This document shows, one piece after another, positions 1 through 11,216 of a stretch of DNA of 64,000 nucleotides. The translations under genes and the position numbers were made by a program. The notes below the pieces were generated by a model. The model ran no database searches and was not told where the DNA came from. It saw only the letters and a program-made list of their open reading frames with translations. The first letter of the stretch is position 1; each line of letters begins with the position of its first letter. This DNA is from Deltaproteobacteria bacterium (GTDB lineage Bacteria; Myxococcota_A; UBA796; JAFGLY01): contig JBFYZZ010000152.1 of the NCBI GenBank assembly GCA_041309225.1, positions 6,121 to 70,120 of the forward strand, in the 5' to 3' direction.

Positions 1-1084
1 CGACGACGTCGGGCACCAGGCCGGTGCGGTGGTCGATCGCGCCGCCGTCCGGCAGCACGTAGCGGGCGACCGTGACCTTGAGGGCGGAGCCGTCCTCGAA
101 GGTCCACACGGTCTGTACGGAGCCCTTGCCCCAGGTGGGTGTCCCCACCAGCCGGGCCCGGCCCAGGGCCCGCAGTGCGCCGGCCACGATCTCGGCGGCG
201 GAGGCCGAACCCCCGTCGACGAGCACGACCAGCGGGAGATCCAGGTCGGTAGCGGCGGCGGTCCCCCGGACCGTGGCGTTTTCACGCGGGTCCCGGCCGT
301 GCGTCTCGACGATCGGGACGTCGTCCACGAAGCGGTCCACCACCCGGATCGCCTCGTCGAGCAGGCCGCCGGGGTTGTCGCGCAGGTCGAGCACCAGGCC
401 GGTGAGCGGACGCCCGTTCCGGGCCTGGAGCCCCGTCAGCGCGGCGTCGAACTCGGCCGCGCTCCCCTCCTGGAAGTGCACCATCGCCACGTAGCCCCGC
501 CCACCCGGCAACAGGTCCGCCCAGGCGGCCGGCTCGTGGACGAGGTCCCGCACCAGGGCGACGTCCGACTCCGCCGTGCCGCGGCGGACGCGCAGGGTCA
601 CGGCCTGCCCCCGGGGCCCCGCCAGGCGCCGGCCCGCATCCTCGAAGGGCAGGCCGGCCAGGGCCTGGCCGTCCACCGCGAGGATGCGGTCGTCCACCCG
701 CATCCCGCCCAGGGCGGCGGGACTGCCGGGCAGGACCTCGACCACGCGGAGGCCGGCCGGATCGGGCTCCACCCGGATCCCGATCCCCGCGAAGGCCGTC
801 TCGTCCGCCTCCCGGACCGCCCTCCACTCGGCGGGATCGAAGAAGCGGGAGTGGGGATCGAGCGCGTCGGCGACGCCCCGGAGGGCCGCGTGGACGAGGG
901 CCTGCTCGTCCACGGGCTCCACGTAGCGGACCTGGATCTCGTGGAAGGCCCGGGCGAGGGTGTCCCACGCCGCGTAGACTTCCCGGCCCGCGGCCCAGGC
1001 GGACATCGTGCACAGCGCCCCCCCCAGGGTGGAGAGCCCGAACACGGCGAAGACGAGGAGGAAGGGCAGGACGGTGCGGCGCAT
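1..1084 (-). CDS. S41 family C-terminal processing peptidase (Ctp/Prc-like); 3' end cut by window edge
   Basis: Absent from the ORF track because it runs off the window. Minus-strand translation from the start codon at 1084-1082 gives MRRTVLPFLLVFAVFGLSTLGG (signal peptide). A PDZ-like segment follows (GIGIRVEP..VVEVLPGSPAALGGMRVDDRILAVDG). The S41 core is LVVLVDGGSASAAEIVAGALRALGRARLVGTPTWGKGSVQ, with Ser and Lys 25 residues apart as in E. coli Prc S430/K455. Confidence 0.85.
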   Translation of the reverse strand, partial: MRRTVLPFLLVFAVFGLSTLGGALCTMSAWAAGREVYAAWDTLARAFHEIQVRYVEPVDEQALVHAALRGVADALDPHSRFFDPAEWRAVREADETAFAGIGIRVEPDPAGLRVVEVLPGSPAALGGMRVDDRILAVDGQALAGLPFEDAGRRLAGPRGQAVTLRVRRGTAESDVALVRDLVHEPAAWADLLPGGRGYVAMVHFQEGSAAEFDAALTGLQARNGRPLTGLVLDLRDNPGGLLDEAIRVVDRFVDDVPIVETHGRDPRENATVRGTAAATDLDLPLVVLVDGGSASAAEIVAGALRALGRARLVGTPTWGKGSVQTVWTFEDGSALKVTVARYVLPDGGAIDHRTGLVPDVV

Positions 1085-1147
1085 GCGGAACCCGCTCCGG
1101 CACGGATCCCCTCTATCGCCCGGGCCGAGCGGGGGCCGGGCGCGGCG

Positions 1148-2968
1148 CTACTCCTCGGCGAAGAGGATCTCGTCGAGGGCGGCGTCCTCCTGGCTCCGGA
1201 CGCCGCGGCCGAGCGCCTCCACGGCGGGGAGGAGGTTCGCCACGTAGTACTTCAGGTTCAGGATCTTCCCGGTGTAGAAGGCGGTCTCCCCGGAGCCGGC
1301 ATCGAGCGCGGCCTTCGCCACCACCGCCTGGCGGAGCGCGTGGGCGCCCAGGAGGAAGGTGCCGAACTGCGTGAGGAAGGGTGAGGCCTGGTACATGGCG
1401 GCGGGCACGCGACCGGCCATGGCCAGCTGCATGAGGTGCATCGCCGACGCGCCGATCTCGTCCCGGGCCCGCTCGAGGGCCGCGACCTCGTCGTCGAAGC
1501 CCAGACCCTTGGAGGCCTCGAGGGTACGCGTCGTCTCCTGCATCCAGGACACGAAGAGCATCCCGTTCTTCAGCCTCAGCTTGCGGCCGAGGAGGTCCAT
1601 GCCCTGGATGCCGTTGGTCCCCTCGTAGATGGAGGAGATCTTGGTGTCCCTCAGGTACTGCTCCACGGGGTAGTCGCTGATGTAGCCGTACCCGCCGAAG
1701 ACCTGGACCGCGAGGCGGGTCACCTCGAAGGCCAGGTCCGATCCGTGGGACTTGGCGATGGGGATGTAGAGGTCCACGATGCCCTGGTGGCGTTCCCGCT
1801 CGGCGGGGTCCGGAGTGGAGCGCACCACGTCGGCGTGGAAGGCGATGGTGTAGATGAGCGACCGCATGGTCTCGCTCAGCACCTTCATGGTCATCAGCAT
1901 CCGGCGGACGTCCGGGTGCCGCACGATCGGCACCTGGGGCGGATGCTCCTCGTGGAGGCTCTCCAGATCGGGCCCCTGGAGGCGCTCCCTCGCGTACCTC
2001 AGGGCGTAGTGGTAGGCCGCCGAGGCCGTGCCCACGCTCTGGATGGCCACCTCGAGGCGGGCCTCGTTCATCAGGTGGAACATGATCTTCATGCCCATGC
2101 CCTCCTCGCCGATGCGCCAGGCGTGGCAGGGCGCGTCGGCCCCGAGGGCGAGGGTGCAGGTCGCGGAGCCGTGGATGCCCATCTTGTGCTCCTCGATGCC
2201 CGTGACGACGATGCCGTTCCGCTCGCCGAGGCTGCCGTCGGGCCCGATGAGGTACTTGGGCACGAGGAAGATGGAGAGACCACGGGATCCGGGGAGTGCG
2301 TCGGGGGTGCGTGCCAGCACGACGTGCACGATGTTCTCGGCGAGGTCGTGGTCCCCGCCGGAGATGAAGATCTTCTCCCCCTCGAGGAGGTAGCGGCCCT
2401 CCTCGTCGGTACGGAGGGCACGGGTGCGGTTCTCGCCGACCGAGGATCCGGCATCCGACTCGGTGAGGAGCATCGTGCCGGCCCAGGTACCCGCGTAGAG
2501 CCTGGGGGTGACGACCTGCTGCATCCACGGCGTGCCGAAGGTGGCCAGCAGGTTGCCGACCCCGTGGGTGAGGCCTGCGTAGATGGAGAAGGCCAGGTTG
2601 GCGGCCGAGCGGAGCTCGGTGGTGGCGACGCCCACGGTGTAGGGCAGGCCCATGCCGCCGAACTCGGGCTGGGAGGAGATGCCCACCCAGCCACCCTCGC
2701 CCAACAGGCGGAACGCCTCCGGGAAGCCCTTGGGGGTCCGCACGTTGCCCTGCCCGTCGAAGTGGCACCCCTCGCGGTCGCCGACCGGGTTCAGCGGTGC
2801 GATGACCTCGCGCGCGATGCGGGCCATCTCCTCGACGGTGGACATGTAGACGTCTTTGTCGAAGGAGGCGTACTCGGGGAACGCCTTGAGGTGATCCTGG
2901 ATGGCCAGCTCCTCGAAGAGGACGAACGCCATGTCACGGAGATCCACGGGGTGGGTGCCGGTTGCCAT
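1148..2968 (-). CDS. acyl-CoA dehydrogenase, long (~600 aa) FadE-like class
   Basis: ORF 1148..3091 trimmed to ATG 2968 (GGGAGG just upstream), giving 606 aa. Acyl-CoA dehydrogenase motifs: LLTESDAGSSVG, GEKIFISGGDHD, YEGTNGIQGMDLLGRK. Confidence 0.9.
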   Translation of the reverse strand: MATGTHPVDLRDMAFVLFEELAIQDHLKAFPEYASFDKDVYMSTVEEMARIAREVIAPLNPVGDREGCHFDGQGNVRTPKGFPEAFRLLGEGGWVGISSQPEFGGMGLPYTVGVATTELRSAANLAFSIYAGLTHGVGNLLATFGTPWMQQVVTPRLYAGTWAGTMLLTESDAGSSVGENRTRALRTDEEGRYLLEGEKIFISGGDHDLAENIVHVVLARTPDALPGSRGLSIFLVPKYLIGPDGSLGERNGIVVTGIEEHKMGIHGSATCTLALGADAPCHAWRIGEEGMGMKIMFHLMNEARLEVAIQSVGTASAAYHYALRYARERLQGPDLESLHEEHPPQVPIVRHPDVRRMLMTMKVLSETMRSLIYTIAFHADVVRSTPDPAERERHQGIVDLYIPIAKSHGSDLAFEVTRLAVQVFGGYGYISDYPVEQYLRDTKISSIYEGTNGIQGMDLLGRKLRLKNGMLFVSWMQETTRTLEASKGLGFDDEVAALERARDEIGASAMHLMQLAMAGRVPAAMYQASPFLTQFGTFLLGAHALRQAVVAKAALDAGSGETAFYTGKILNLKYYVANLLPAVEALGRGVRSQEDAALDEILFAEE

Positions 2969-2991
2969 GCTGCCTCCCTGAGCCGAGCTCG

Positions 2992-3009
2992 TGAATGAAC
3001 CATCATTCA
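2992..3009. promoter_or_regulatory. putative operator: palindrome TGAATGA-N4-TCATTCA upstream of the acyl-CoA dehydrogenase gene
   Basis: tgaatgaaccatcattca is a perfect 7-4-7 inverted repeat. It lies in an AT-rich patch 24-41 nt upstream of the ATG at 2968, in otherwise ~70% GC DNA. Confidence 0.4.
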
Positions 3010-3122
3010 TATAGACCAGGCGGGGAGGGCGGTCAAGCGCGATTCCGGGTACACGTGGGCACGCTCGGCCAGGATGTCGTGCTGGCCGCACGGATCTCCG
3101 TCCTGGGGCCGCGGGACCGGCG

Positions 3123-4172
3123 CTACCCGGGACGGGTCTTCAGCGTGCGGCGCAGGATCCCCAGCGCGGTGCGCGTGGTCGCGGGCTCGCCCAACCAGCC
3201 GATCCGCAGGTACCCCGAGAGGCCGAAGAAGGCGCCTGGGGTGACCCCCACGCCCGCCGCCGCGCACGCCTCGGCCAGCGCGAGGTCGTCGCCTTCCACC
3301 CGCAGAAAGCCGAAGGGTGCGTGGGGGGGCGGATCGAAGGCCACGCCCGGGAGGTCTGCGAGGGCCTCGTGGGCGAGCCGCGCCCCCTCCCGGGCCCGCG
3401 CCCGGGCCTCGTCGCGGAACGCGTCCAGCCGGTCCCAGTGGGTCAGCGCGAGCGCGAGCGGGGGATCGGGGAGCACGACCTCACCGTGGTCGCGCGCCAG
3501 CTCGGCACGCCGGATCAGGCCCGGATCCCCGAGGATCCAGCCCACCCGGAGCCACCCCAGCCCGTGGACCTTGGTCAGGGACCCCGTCGTCACGAGGCGG
3601 GGATGGATCCGGAACGCGGGGACCGCGTCCGGCACGAACTCGAGGTAGACCTCGTCCACGAGGACGTGGAGGTCGTGGGCTTCGGCGATCTCACCCAGAT
3701 CCCGGAGGACGGACTCCGGCACGCCGGCGGCCGTGGGGTTGTTGAGCCGGGTCAGCACGACCACCCGGGTGGCGTGGGAGAGCGCCGCCTCCACCGCCAC
3801 GGGGTCCACGGCCCAGCCCGCAGCCGGGGGGCGCTCGAAGAAGCGCACGGGGGCCCCGAGGAACCTGGCCGTGCGCCAGAGCGGATCGTAGGTGGGGGAC
3901 TCGCAGAGCACCTCGCCACCGTCGGGGAGGAGGGCCGCCAGGGCGAACAGGTTCGCCCCACTCGTCCCGAGGCCCAGGAAGACGCGGTCGGCGGTGGTGC
4001 CGTGGCGCTCCGCGACGGCGGTGACGAGGCGGCCAGCCAGGCGGCGGTCCGGGACCGGGAGGGGGGTGTCGGGCAGGCGGCGCTCGGGGACGCCGGAGGG
4101 GCGGAGGTCGTGGGCCACCGGCGGCATCCGGGTCTTGACCCAGTCGAGGTAGGGGACGGTGTGCGGGATCAT
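3123..4172 (-). CDS. class I/II PLP-dependent aminotransferase
   Basis: 349 aa. Motifs TRLNNPTAAGV, VLVDEVYLEF and TGSLTKVHGLGWLRVGW (PLP-lysine context). GGGAG lies upstream of ATG 4172. Confidence 0.85.
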   Translation of the reverse strand: MIPHTVPYLDWVKTRMPPVAHDLRPSGVPERRLPDTPLPVPDRRLAGRLVTAVAERHGTTADRVFLGLGTSGANLFALAALLPDGGEVLCESPTYDPLWRTARFLGAPVRFFERPPAAGWAVDPVAVEAALSHATRVVVLTRLNNPTAAGVPESVLRDLGEIAEAHDLHVLVDEVYLEFVPDAVPAFRIHPRLVTTGSLTKVHGLGWLRVGWILGDPGLIRRAELARDHGEVVLPDPPLALALTHWDRLDAFRDEARARAREGARLAHEALADLPGVAFDPPPHAPFGFLRVEGDDLALAEACAAAGVGVTPGAFFGLSGYLRIGWLGEPATTRTALGILRRTLKTRPG

Positions 4173-4314
4173 GCTCGAGCTCCCCGGGGGCGCAGGCGCA
4201 GCCTGTCAGGTTTCGGTCGAGTTCCTGACGCCATGTTGCAACACCTCGGTTCTGCAGGCATCTTGGGGCGGGCCAGGGAGCGCATCTATCACTCCCCGTG
4301 ACCCCGGAGGTCCC

Positions 4315-7299
4315 GTGCACGCCCTCGTCCTGCTGCTCGGCGTCCTTCCCGCGCAGGCCGTCCTGCCCGGCGAGGAGATCGCGTTTCCACCCGTCCCCCG
4401 GCCGATCCGCACGTTCGACGTCCACCGCCAGGCCGACCTGCGGATGGGCGCCCCGTGGCGCGCGTTCCTGGCCGGCGAGGGCACGGGCTGGCGGGCAGTG
4501 TTCGACGAGGCCACCGGCCTGCCGCTCAAGGCCTGGGGTCCCCCCCTCGCCCTGGGCCCGACCCGGACCACCGGCGAAGTGGAGGCCGCGCTCCTCGCCT
4601 TCCTCGATCGTCACCCCGATCTCGCGGGCGTGGACACGGGCTCCCTCCACCTGGGCTCCGCCGGCTACCTCGAGCGGCGCGACACCTGGTACGTCACCCT
4701 GGAGGAGACCCTGGACGGCGTGCCGGTCGTGGGGGGTGGCGTGGACGCCCGGATCGTGGGGGGGCGGCTCGTGTTCCTGCGGGTCAAGACCCATCCCTTC
4801 GCCCCACGCCTGCCCGCGGCGGTGCTGGACGAGGCCCTGGCCGTCCGCGAGGCTGTCGGGCGCGGTCCCGCGCCATGGGTGGTCCACGAGCGTCTCGGGG
4901 CCCGCCTGGTCGCGCTGCCCCGCGAGGACGCGCGGGACGCGAGCCTCGACCTCGCCTGGGAGGTGCGCACCGAGACGGACGTCCCCCGCGGGCGCTGGCT
5001 GGCCTATGTCGACGCGCGGAGCGGAGCCCTGCTCGGACTGCTGAACGAGTTCCCCCACGAGACTGGCCGCCTGCTCGCCTACCACGACCGGCGCACCGTC
5101 AACGGCGACACGACCACCACGGGCCTGCCCCACGCCCCCGTGTCCACGGGCGCCACCGCCACGTACACCGATGCCGACGGCTGGTTCGACCTGGAGGGCG
5201 AGTCCTTCACGTCCACGTTGGTCGGCGAGCACGTGCGGGTGTCCAATCGCAACGGCCGGGCCGGGGCCCTCGCCTTCTCCGGGACCGAGGGCACGTGGAC
5301 CACGGCTTCGGCCACCCAGGCCGAGATCGATGCCTACGTCTTCGTCGAGCAGGTCCGCTCCTGGGCCGCCGCCCTGGTCCCCGAGGTCGCCTACACGAAC
5401 GACCGCATCAACACGAACGTCAACGAGACGTACTTCACCTGCAACGCCTACTTCGACGGCAGCATCACCTTCGCCATCGAGGGCGGCGGGTGCAACAACA
5501 CCGCCCGCATCGCCGACGTCGTCTACCACGAGTGGTGCCACGGGCTCCACTGGTACAGCATGGTGAGCGGCTACTACGACGACGCGGTGGGGGAGGGGTT
5601 CGCCGACTCCTGCTCCGTGCTCCTCACCGGCGACTCGGTGATCGCCCCCTACTTCTACCAGGGGTACGACGTCGGCATCCGGAACCTGGCCCCCGACCGG
5701 TCCTATCCGAGCGACCTCACCGGCGAGTCGCACACCGACGGCCTGATCTTCGGCGGCGCCGTCTGGGACCTACTCCAGATCCTCTCGTCCGAGGTGGGGA
5801 GCGCGGAGGCCACCGCCATCGTGAGCGGCCTGCTGCTCGATTCCATCAAGGCGGGCTTCACGATCCCCGAGGCCTACGACGAATTCGTGCTGGCCGACGA
5901 CGACGACGGCGACCTGACCAACGGCACCCCCCACGTCTGCGAGATCGTGGAGGCCTTCACGCCCCACGGCCTCGGCCCGCTGGGTGGGGCGAGCGCCCTC
6001 GTGGTGCTCGACCACGTGCCCCTCGAGAACCAGGAGGTCGCCGGCCGCCCGATCCCCGTGGAGGGGACCGTGCTCCCGCTGTCCGACCTCTGCGGCGAGG
6101 CGGACGTCGCCGAGGCCCGGGTGGTGTGGTCCACGGACGGCGGGACCTCCTGGCGCGAGGAGGGCCTCGACGTCCGGAAGGGCCTCGACGGCGACGAGAT
6201 CTCGGGCAGCATCCCGGCCCTGCCGGAGGGGACCACCGTCCTCTACTACCTGGAGGCCGAGACCACGGACGGCACGCGGATCACGGCTCCCGAGGGCGCC
6301 GACATCGCCCCGTCCGCCTTCTTCGTGGGCGAGCTCGAGGAACTCTACTTCGAGGACTTCGAGGCGGGCTCCGGCGGCTTCATCTCCCACGCCGAGTTGG
6401 GCCGGGACGATTGGGAATGGGGCATGCCGCAGGGCGAGGGTGGCGACCCGGCCAGCGCCTACAGCGGCACGAACGCGTGGGGCAACGACCTCACGGGGGA
6501 CGGCGCCTACGCCAACAACTGCTTTCCCGTCCTCACCTCCGCCGCCATCCCCGTGGCGCCCTACCCCGATCTCGTGATCCAGTTCCGGCGCTACCTCGGC
6601 GTGGAGGACGGCTACTACGACCACGCCACCGTCTCGGTGGACGGGGCGACCCTGTGGAGCAACCACGGCACCGTGTACGAGGTCGGCGACGAGCACCATC
6701 GGGACGACCGCTGGGTGCTGGCCTCGCTGGGCGTGGCCGACACCGACCTCGACGGCCTGATCACGATCGAGTGGGGGCTCGAGTCGGACCCCGGCCTCAC
6801 CTTCAACGGCTGGACCATCGACGACGTGGCGGTGTACGCGCCGGCCAGCGCTGTCAACCGCCTGGCCGTGACCGACTTCCGGGCCTCCGAGGGCGTCCCC
6901 GGGCTCCTCCTCTCCTGGACGAACCCCGCCGCGGACGACCTCGAGCGGGTGGTGGTGGTCGTCCGCGACGACCGGTACCCCACGAGCCCCGAGGACGGCG
7001 TGTTCGCCTGGACGGTGGAGGATCCGGTTCCGGGCAGGGACGTCGCGGTGTTCGCCCAGATGGAGGACACCGAGGTCCACTGGTTCACCGTCTTCGCGAT
7101 GGACGTCACCGGCACCTGGAGCCAGGGCGTGTACGAGGGCTTCAACGCGGATCAGGGCAAGGCCGGCCACAGGGAGGCCACGGGGGACGACGGCGAGACC
7201 CCGGCCTGCGGATGCGGAACCTCCTCGCCCCGCTCGGGCATGGCCTGGTGGCTCGCCGCCCTGGGTGCGGCCCTCGCGATCCGTCGCCGGAGGCCGTGA
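4315..7299 (+). CDS. secreted zinc metalloprotease (M36 fungalysin-like, FTP/PepSY propeptide) with MYXO-CTERM-type sorting tail
   Basis: ORF 4159..7299 trimmed to GTG 4315 (GGAGG 5 nt upstream), giving signal peptide VHALVLLLGVLPAQA. Propeptide-like LAWEVRTE..WLAYVDARSGALLGL. Zinc site VVYHEWCHGLH (HEXXH) followed by GEGFADS. C-terminus is ACGCGTSSPRSGMAWWLAALGAALAIRRRRP. Confidence 0.85.
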   Translation: MHALVLLLGVLPAQAVLPGEEIAFPPVPRPIRTFDVHRQADLRMGAPWRAFLAGEGTGWRAVFDEATGLPLKAWGPPLALGPTRTTGEVEAALLAFLDRHPDLAGVDTGSLHLGSAGYLERRDTWYVTLEETLDGVPVVGGGVDARIVGGRLVFLRVKTHPFAPRLPAAVLDEALAVREAVGRGPAPWVVHERLGARLVALPREDARDASLDLAWEVRTETDVPRGRWLAYVDARSGALLGLLNEFPHETGRLLAYHDRRTVNGDTTTTGLPHAPVSTGATATYTDADGWFDLEGESFTSTLVGEHVRVSNRNGRAGALAFSGTEGTWTTASATQAEIDAYVFVEQVRSWAAALVPEVAYTNDRINTNVNETYFTCNAYFDGSITFAIEGGGCNNTARIADVVYHEWCHGLHWYSMVSGYYDDAVGEGFADSCSVLLTGDSVIAPYFYQGYDVGIRNLAPDRSYPSDLTGESHTDGLIFGGAVWDLLQILSSEVGSAEATAIVSGLLLDSIKAGFTIPEAYDEFVLADDDDGDLTNGTPHVCEIVEAFTPHGLGPLGGASALVVLDHVPLENQEVAGRPIPVEGTVLPLSDLCGEADVAEARVVWSTDGGTSWREEGLDVRKGLDGDEISGSIPALPEGTTVLYYLEAETTDGTRITAPEGADIAPSAFFVGELEELYFEDFEAGSGGFISHAELGRDDWEWGMPQGEGGDPASAYSGTNAWGNDLTGDGAYANNCFPVLTSAAIPVAPYPDLVIQFRRYLGVEDGYYDHATVSVDGATLWSNHGTVYEVGDEHHRDDRWVLASLGVADTDLDGLITIEWGLESDPGLTFNGWTIDDVAVYAPASAVNRLAVTDFRASEGVPGLLLSWTNPAADDLERVVVVVRDDRYPTSPEDGVFAWTVEDPVPGRDVAVFAQMEDTEVHWFTVFAMDVTGTWSQGVYEGFNADQGKAGHREATGDDGETPACGCGTSSPRSGMAWWLAALGAALAIRRRRP

Positions 7300-7916
7300 C
7301 GGCACCCCTCACGGTGCTCGCCTGCGCCCTTGCGGCCCACGCGGCCCGCGTGCCGCCCGACTACACCGAGGAGCTGGTCGGGCGGGCCGCCGCACTGGCG
7401 GGGCGCCTCAACCAGGAGGGACGTCACGCCGAGGCCGCCCAGTGGGGTGCCGAGTTCCAGCGGCACGTCCTCCGTGCGGCGGCCGTGGAGTACGAGGTCG
7501 GGCTCGCCTGGTACCGGCTGGGTCGCATGGACACCGCCGCCCGCCACTACCGGCGGACCCTCGAACAGGACCCGACCCTCGCGGCCGCCTGGTACGACCT
7601 GGGCGAGATCCGCCTCATCGACTGGGATCTCGACGATGCCGAGGAGGCGTTCGCCCGGGCCGCGGCTCTGAGGCCCGACCACTGGGCGGGGCCGTTCCGG
7701 CTGGCCGAGGTCGCCGCGCGCCGGGGCGATGCCACGGCCTTCGAGGCCCACCTGCGCGAGGCCCTGGCCGCGGGCTTCTCCTTTCGCGTCGTGTTGGGCG
7801 ATCCCCACTGGGTGGAGTACTATCGGAACCCCGCCCTGGCCGAGGTCATCCGCCGCCTGGTGACGGTCTACTCGGACGAGCGTTTCCTCCAGGTGTTCGA
7901 GGCTCCCTCCCGATGA
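7296..7916 (+). CDS. TPR repeat protein with signal peptide
   Basis: This is the only natural-looking part of ORF 4455..7916. GTG 7296 overlaps the protease stop (GTGA). It begins VTAPLTVLACALAAHA, followed by TPR-like helices (YEVGLAWYRLGRMDTAARHYRRTLEQDPTLAAAWYDLGEI..AEEAFARAAALRPDHW). Confidence 0.75.
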   Translation: MTAPLTVLACALAAHAARVPPDYTEELVGRAAALAGRLNQEGRHAEAAQWGAEFQRHVLRAAAVEYEVGLAWYRLGRMDTAARHYRRTLEQDPTLAAAWYDLGEIRLIDWDLDDAEEAFARAAALRPDHWAGPFRLAEVAARRGDATAFEAHLREALAAGFSFRVVLGDPHWVEYYRNPALAEVIRRLVTVYSDERFLQVFEAPSR

Positions 7917-8461
7917 TCCCCTCCTGCTGCCTCCCCCTCCTCGTCCACCTCGCCGCCGCGACCCCGTCCGCCGCCGAGCCGGGGGGGATCGGGCTCGGAA
8001 GCGCCCCTCGCGGGTTCGGGCTCGGCCCGATCCTGGGCGAGCCGACCGGGCTCGGCTTCCTCTGGCGCCCGAGCGGCGGCACCAGCACGTTCGACGCCGC
8101 CGTGGCCTGGAGCGTCCCCGACGACCGCCTCCACATCCACGCGGACTGGCTGCTCACGCTCGCCACCTACCGCGATCCCGCCACGCCCAGCTTCAGCATC
8201 CCCTTCTACACGGGTGTCGGGCCCCGGCTCCGCATGGGGTGGAAGAACGAGCGCGGATCCGACGCCGCCCTCCTGGGCGTGCGGATCCCCTTCGGCATGG
8301 TGATCCTCCCCAACAGCGTCCCGGTCGACGGCTTCGTGGAGATCGTGCCGGTACTCACGCTCTACCCCGAGACGAGCCTGGATTTCGACGCCGCCCTCGG
8401 TGCCCGGATCTTCCTCGGACGGCGGTCCTCCCCCCCGACGGCCACGGCCGCCGCCCCCTGA
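7913..8461 (+). CDS. small exported, probable outer-membrane beta-barrel protein
   Basis: Tail of ORF 7265..8461. ATG 7913 overlaps the TPR gene stop (ATGA). It begins MIPSCCLPLLVHLAAATPSAAEP, then shows alternating amphipathic strands (AAVAWSVPDDRLHIHADWLLTLATY, DGFVEIVPVLTLYPE, LDFDAALGARIFL). Confidence 0.65.
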   Translation: MIPSCCLPLLVHLAAATPSAAEPGGIGLGSAPRGFGLGPILGEPTGLGFLWRPSGGTSTFDAAVAWSVPDDRLHIHADWLLTLATYRDPATPSFSIPFYTGVGPRLRMGWKNERGSDAALLGVRIPFGMVILPNSVPVDGFVEIVPVLTLYPETSLDFDAALGARIFLGRRSSPPTATAAAP

Positions 8462-8466
8462 GCGCG

Positions 8467-8490
8467 AGGGGCCGCCCGGAGGCGGCCCCT
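8467..8490. terminator. bidirectional stem-loop between convergent genes
   Basis: aggggccgcc-cgga-ggcggcccct is a perfect 10-bp GC stem with a 4-nt loop. It lies between the stop at 8461 (+) and the groEL stop at 8509 (-). Confidence 0.5.
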
Positions 8491-8508
8491 GTCCGCGGAC
8501 GGCCCGCG

Positions 8509-10176
<1,668 letters not shown>

Positions 10177-10464
10177 CTACTCGACGATCCCGAGGATGTC
10201 GGACTCGCGGAGGATGAGGTACTCCTCGCCGCCGAGCTTGATCTCGGTGCCGGCGTACTTGGCGAACACCACGCGGTCGCCGGCCTTTACCTGGAGCGGG
10301 ACCACCTTGCCGTCGTCGTCGACGTGACCGCCACCGACGGCCAGGACTCGACCCTCCACCGGCTTCTCCTTCGCCGTGTCGGGAAGGAACAGGCCGCCGG
10401 GAGTCCGGGACAGCTCCTCGAGCCGCTGGATGAGCACGCGATCGTTCAGGGGACGGATGTTCAT
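10177..10464 (-). CDS. groES: co-chaperonin GroES
   Basis: 95 aa. [62 protein letters not shown]. Located directly upstream of groEL. Confidence 0.97.
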   Translation of the reverse strand: MNIRPLNDRVLIQRLEELSRTPGGLFLPDTAKEKPVEGRVLAVGGGHVDDDGKVVPLQVKAGDRVVFAKYAGTEIKLGGEEYLILRESDILGIVE

Positions 10465-10518
10465 GGGACCTCCGGTGGATCAGGGTGCGGGGGCCTCGGG
10501 GCCGCCCGCGCGCGCGCA

Positions 10519-10547
10519 AGCCTAGGCACCGCCGTCTGGGCGTCAAG
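10519..10547 (-). promoter_or_regulatory. weak sigma-32-like promoter candidate for groES-groEL
   Basis: The minus strand reads CTTGACG-N14-CCTAGGCT about 55 nt upstream of the groES ATG. This is only a partial match to CTTGAA..CCCCATNT. Confidence 0.2.
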
Positions 10548-10592
10548 GCCACGCTGGGGCCCGGGGTGTGGGGTACCTCGGGCCTCCGGCGC

Positions 10593-10621
10593 TTGACGGC
10601 CGAGGATCCTGCCGCTACATC
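10593..10621 (+). promoter_or_regulatory. sigma-70-like promoter candidate for rpoZ
   Basis: TTGACG-17 nt-TACATC lies about 30 nt upstream of ATG 10651, which is preceded by GGAGG. Confidence 0.3.
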
Positions 10622-10650
10622 GGGGGGCACCTTCGGACCTGGAGGCGACG

Positions 10651-10938
10651 ATGGCCCGCATCACCGTGGAGGACTGCCTCAAGCACGTCCCCAACCGATT
10701 CTTCCTCGTCCTGCTTGCCGCCGAGCGGACCAAGCAGCTCCTCAAGGGGGAGCAGGCCCTCATCGACGACTACAGGGACAACAAGGAGGTCGTGACCGCG
10801 CTGCGGGAGATCGCCGCGGGCCGCGTCCTCCCCGATCTCGCCTCCTACGACGAGACCGCCGAGGCCGCCTGGCGCCCGGCGCCCGCGGCCCCCACGCCGT
10901 CGCACGAGGACGAACTCCCTCCGGAGGCCGGCCTCTGA
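10651..10938 (+). CDS. rpoZ: DNA-directed RNA polymerase subunit omega
   Basis: 95 aa. [44 protein letters not shown]. Confidence 0.93.
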   Translation: MARITVEDCLKHVPNRFFLVLLAAERTKQLLKGEQALIDDYRDNKEVVTALREIAAGRVLPDLASYDETAEAAWRPAPAAPTPSHEDELPPEAGL

Positions 10939-10993
10939 ACCCCCTTCCCGACGTGGCCGTCCCCACAGGCCGCCCCCTCCCGTTGGAGATCGC

Positions 10994-11215
10994 ATGACCC
11001 GCAAGGAACCCACCGACGAGGCGATGCTCGACACCCGCACGCTCCAGCGCCACCTCGCGGCCGGCCGCCTGTCGTCCGAGGAGGTGCGGCGTCACCTGGC
11101 CTCGCTCGAGGACTGTGCGGATCAGGCCACCTGGACCACCACCCGCATGACGAGCGGCGCGGGAGTGAACGTGGTGCCCACCGAGGAGGAGAGCGAGGAG
11201 GACGTGGCCGGCTAG
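10994..11215 (+). CDS. small acidic hypothetical protein
   Basis: 73 aa. Strong GC3 codon bias in this frame and GGAG 6 nt upstream of the ATG. No family recognised. Confidence 0.55.
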   Translation: MTRKEPTDEAMLDTRTLQRHLAAGRLSSEEVRRHLASLEDCADQATWTTTRMTSGAGVNVVPTEEESEEDVAG

Positions 11216-11216
11216 G

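Noticed and set aside
29-1384. 451-aa plus-strand ORF at the window start
   Set aside because: It is antisense to the S41 peptidase, whose motifs (PDZ, GGSASAAE, GKG) read cleanly on the minus strand. The plus-frame product is Gly/Arg/Pro-rich.
10465-10650. CIRCE (HrcA) operator upstream of groES
   Set aside because: I looked for TTAGCACTC-N9-GAGTGCTAA on both strands and found nothing resembling it. Only a weak sigma-32-like match is present.
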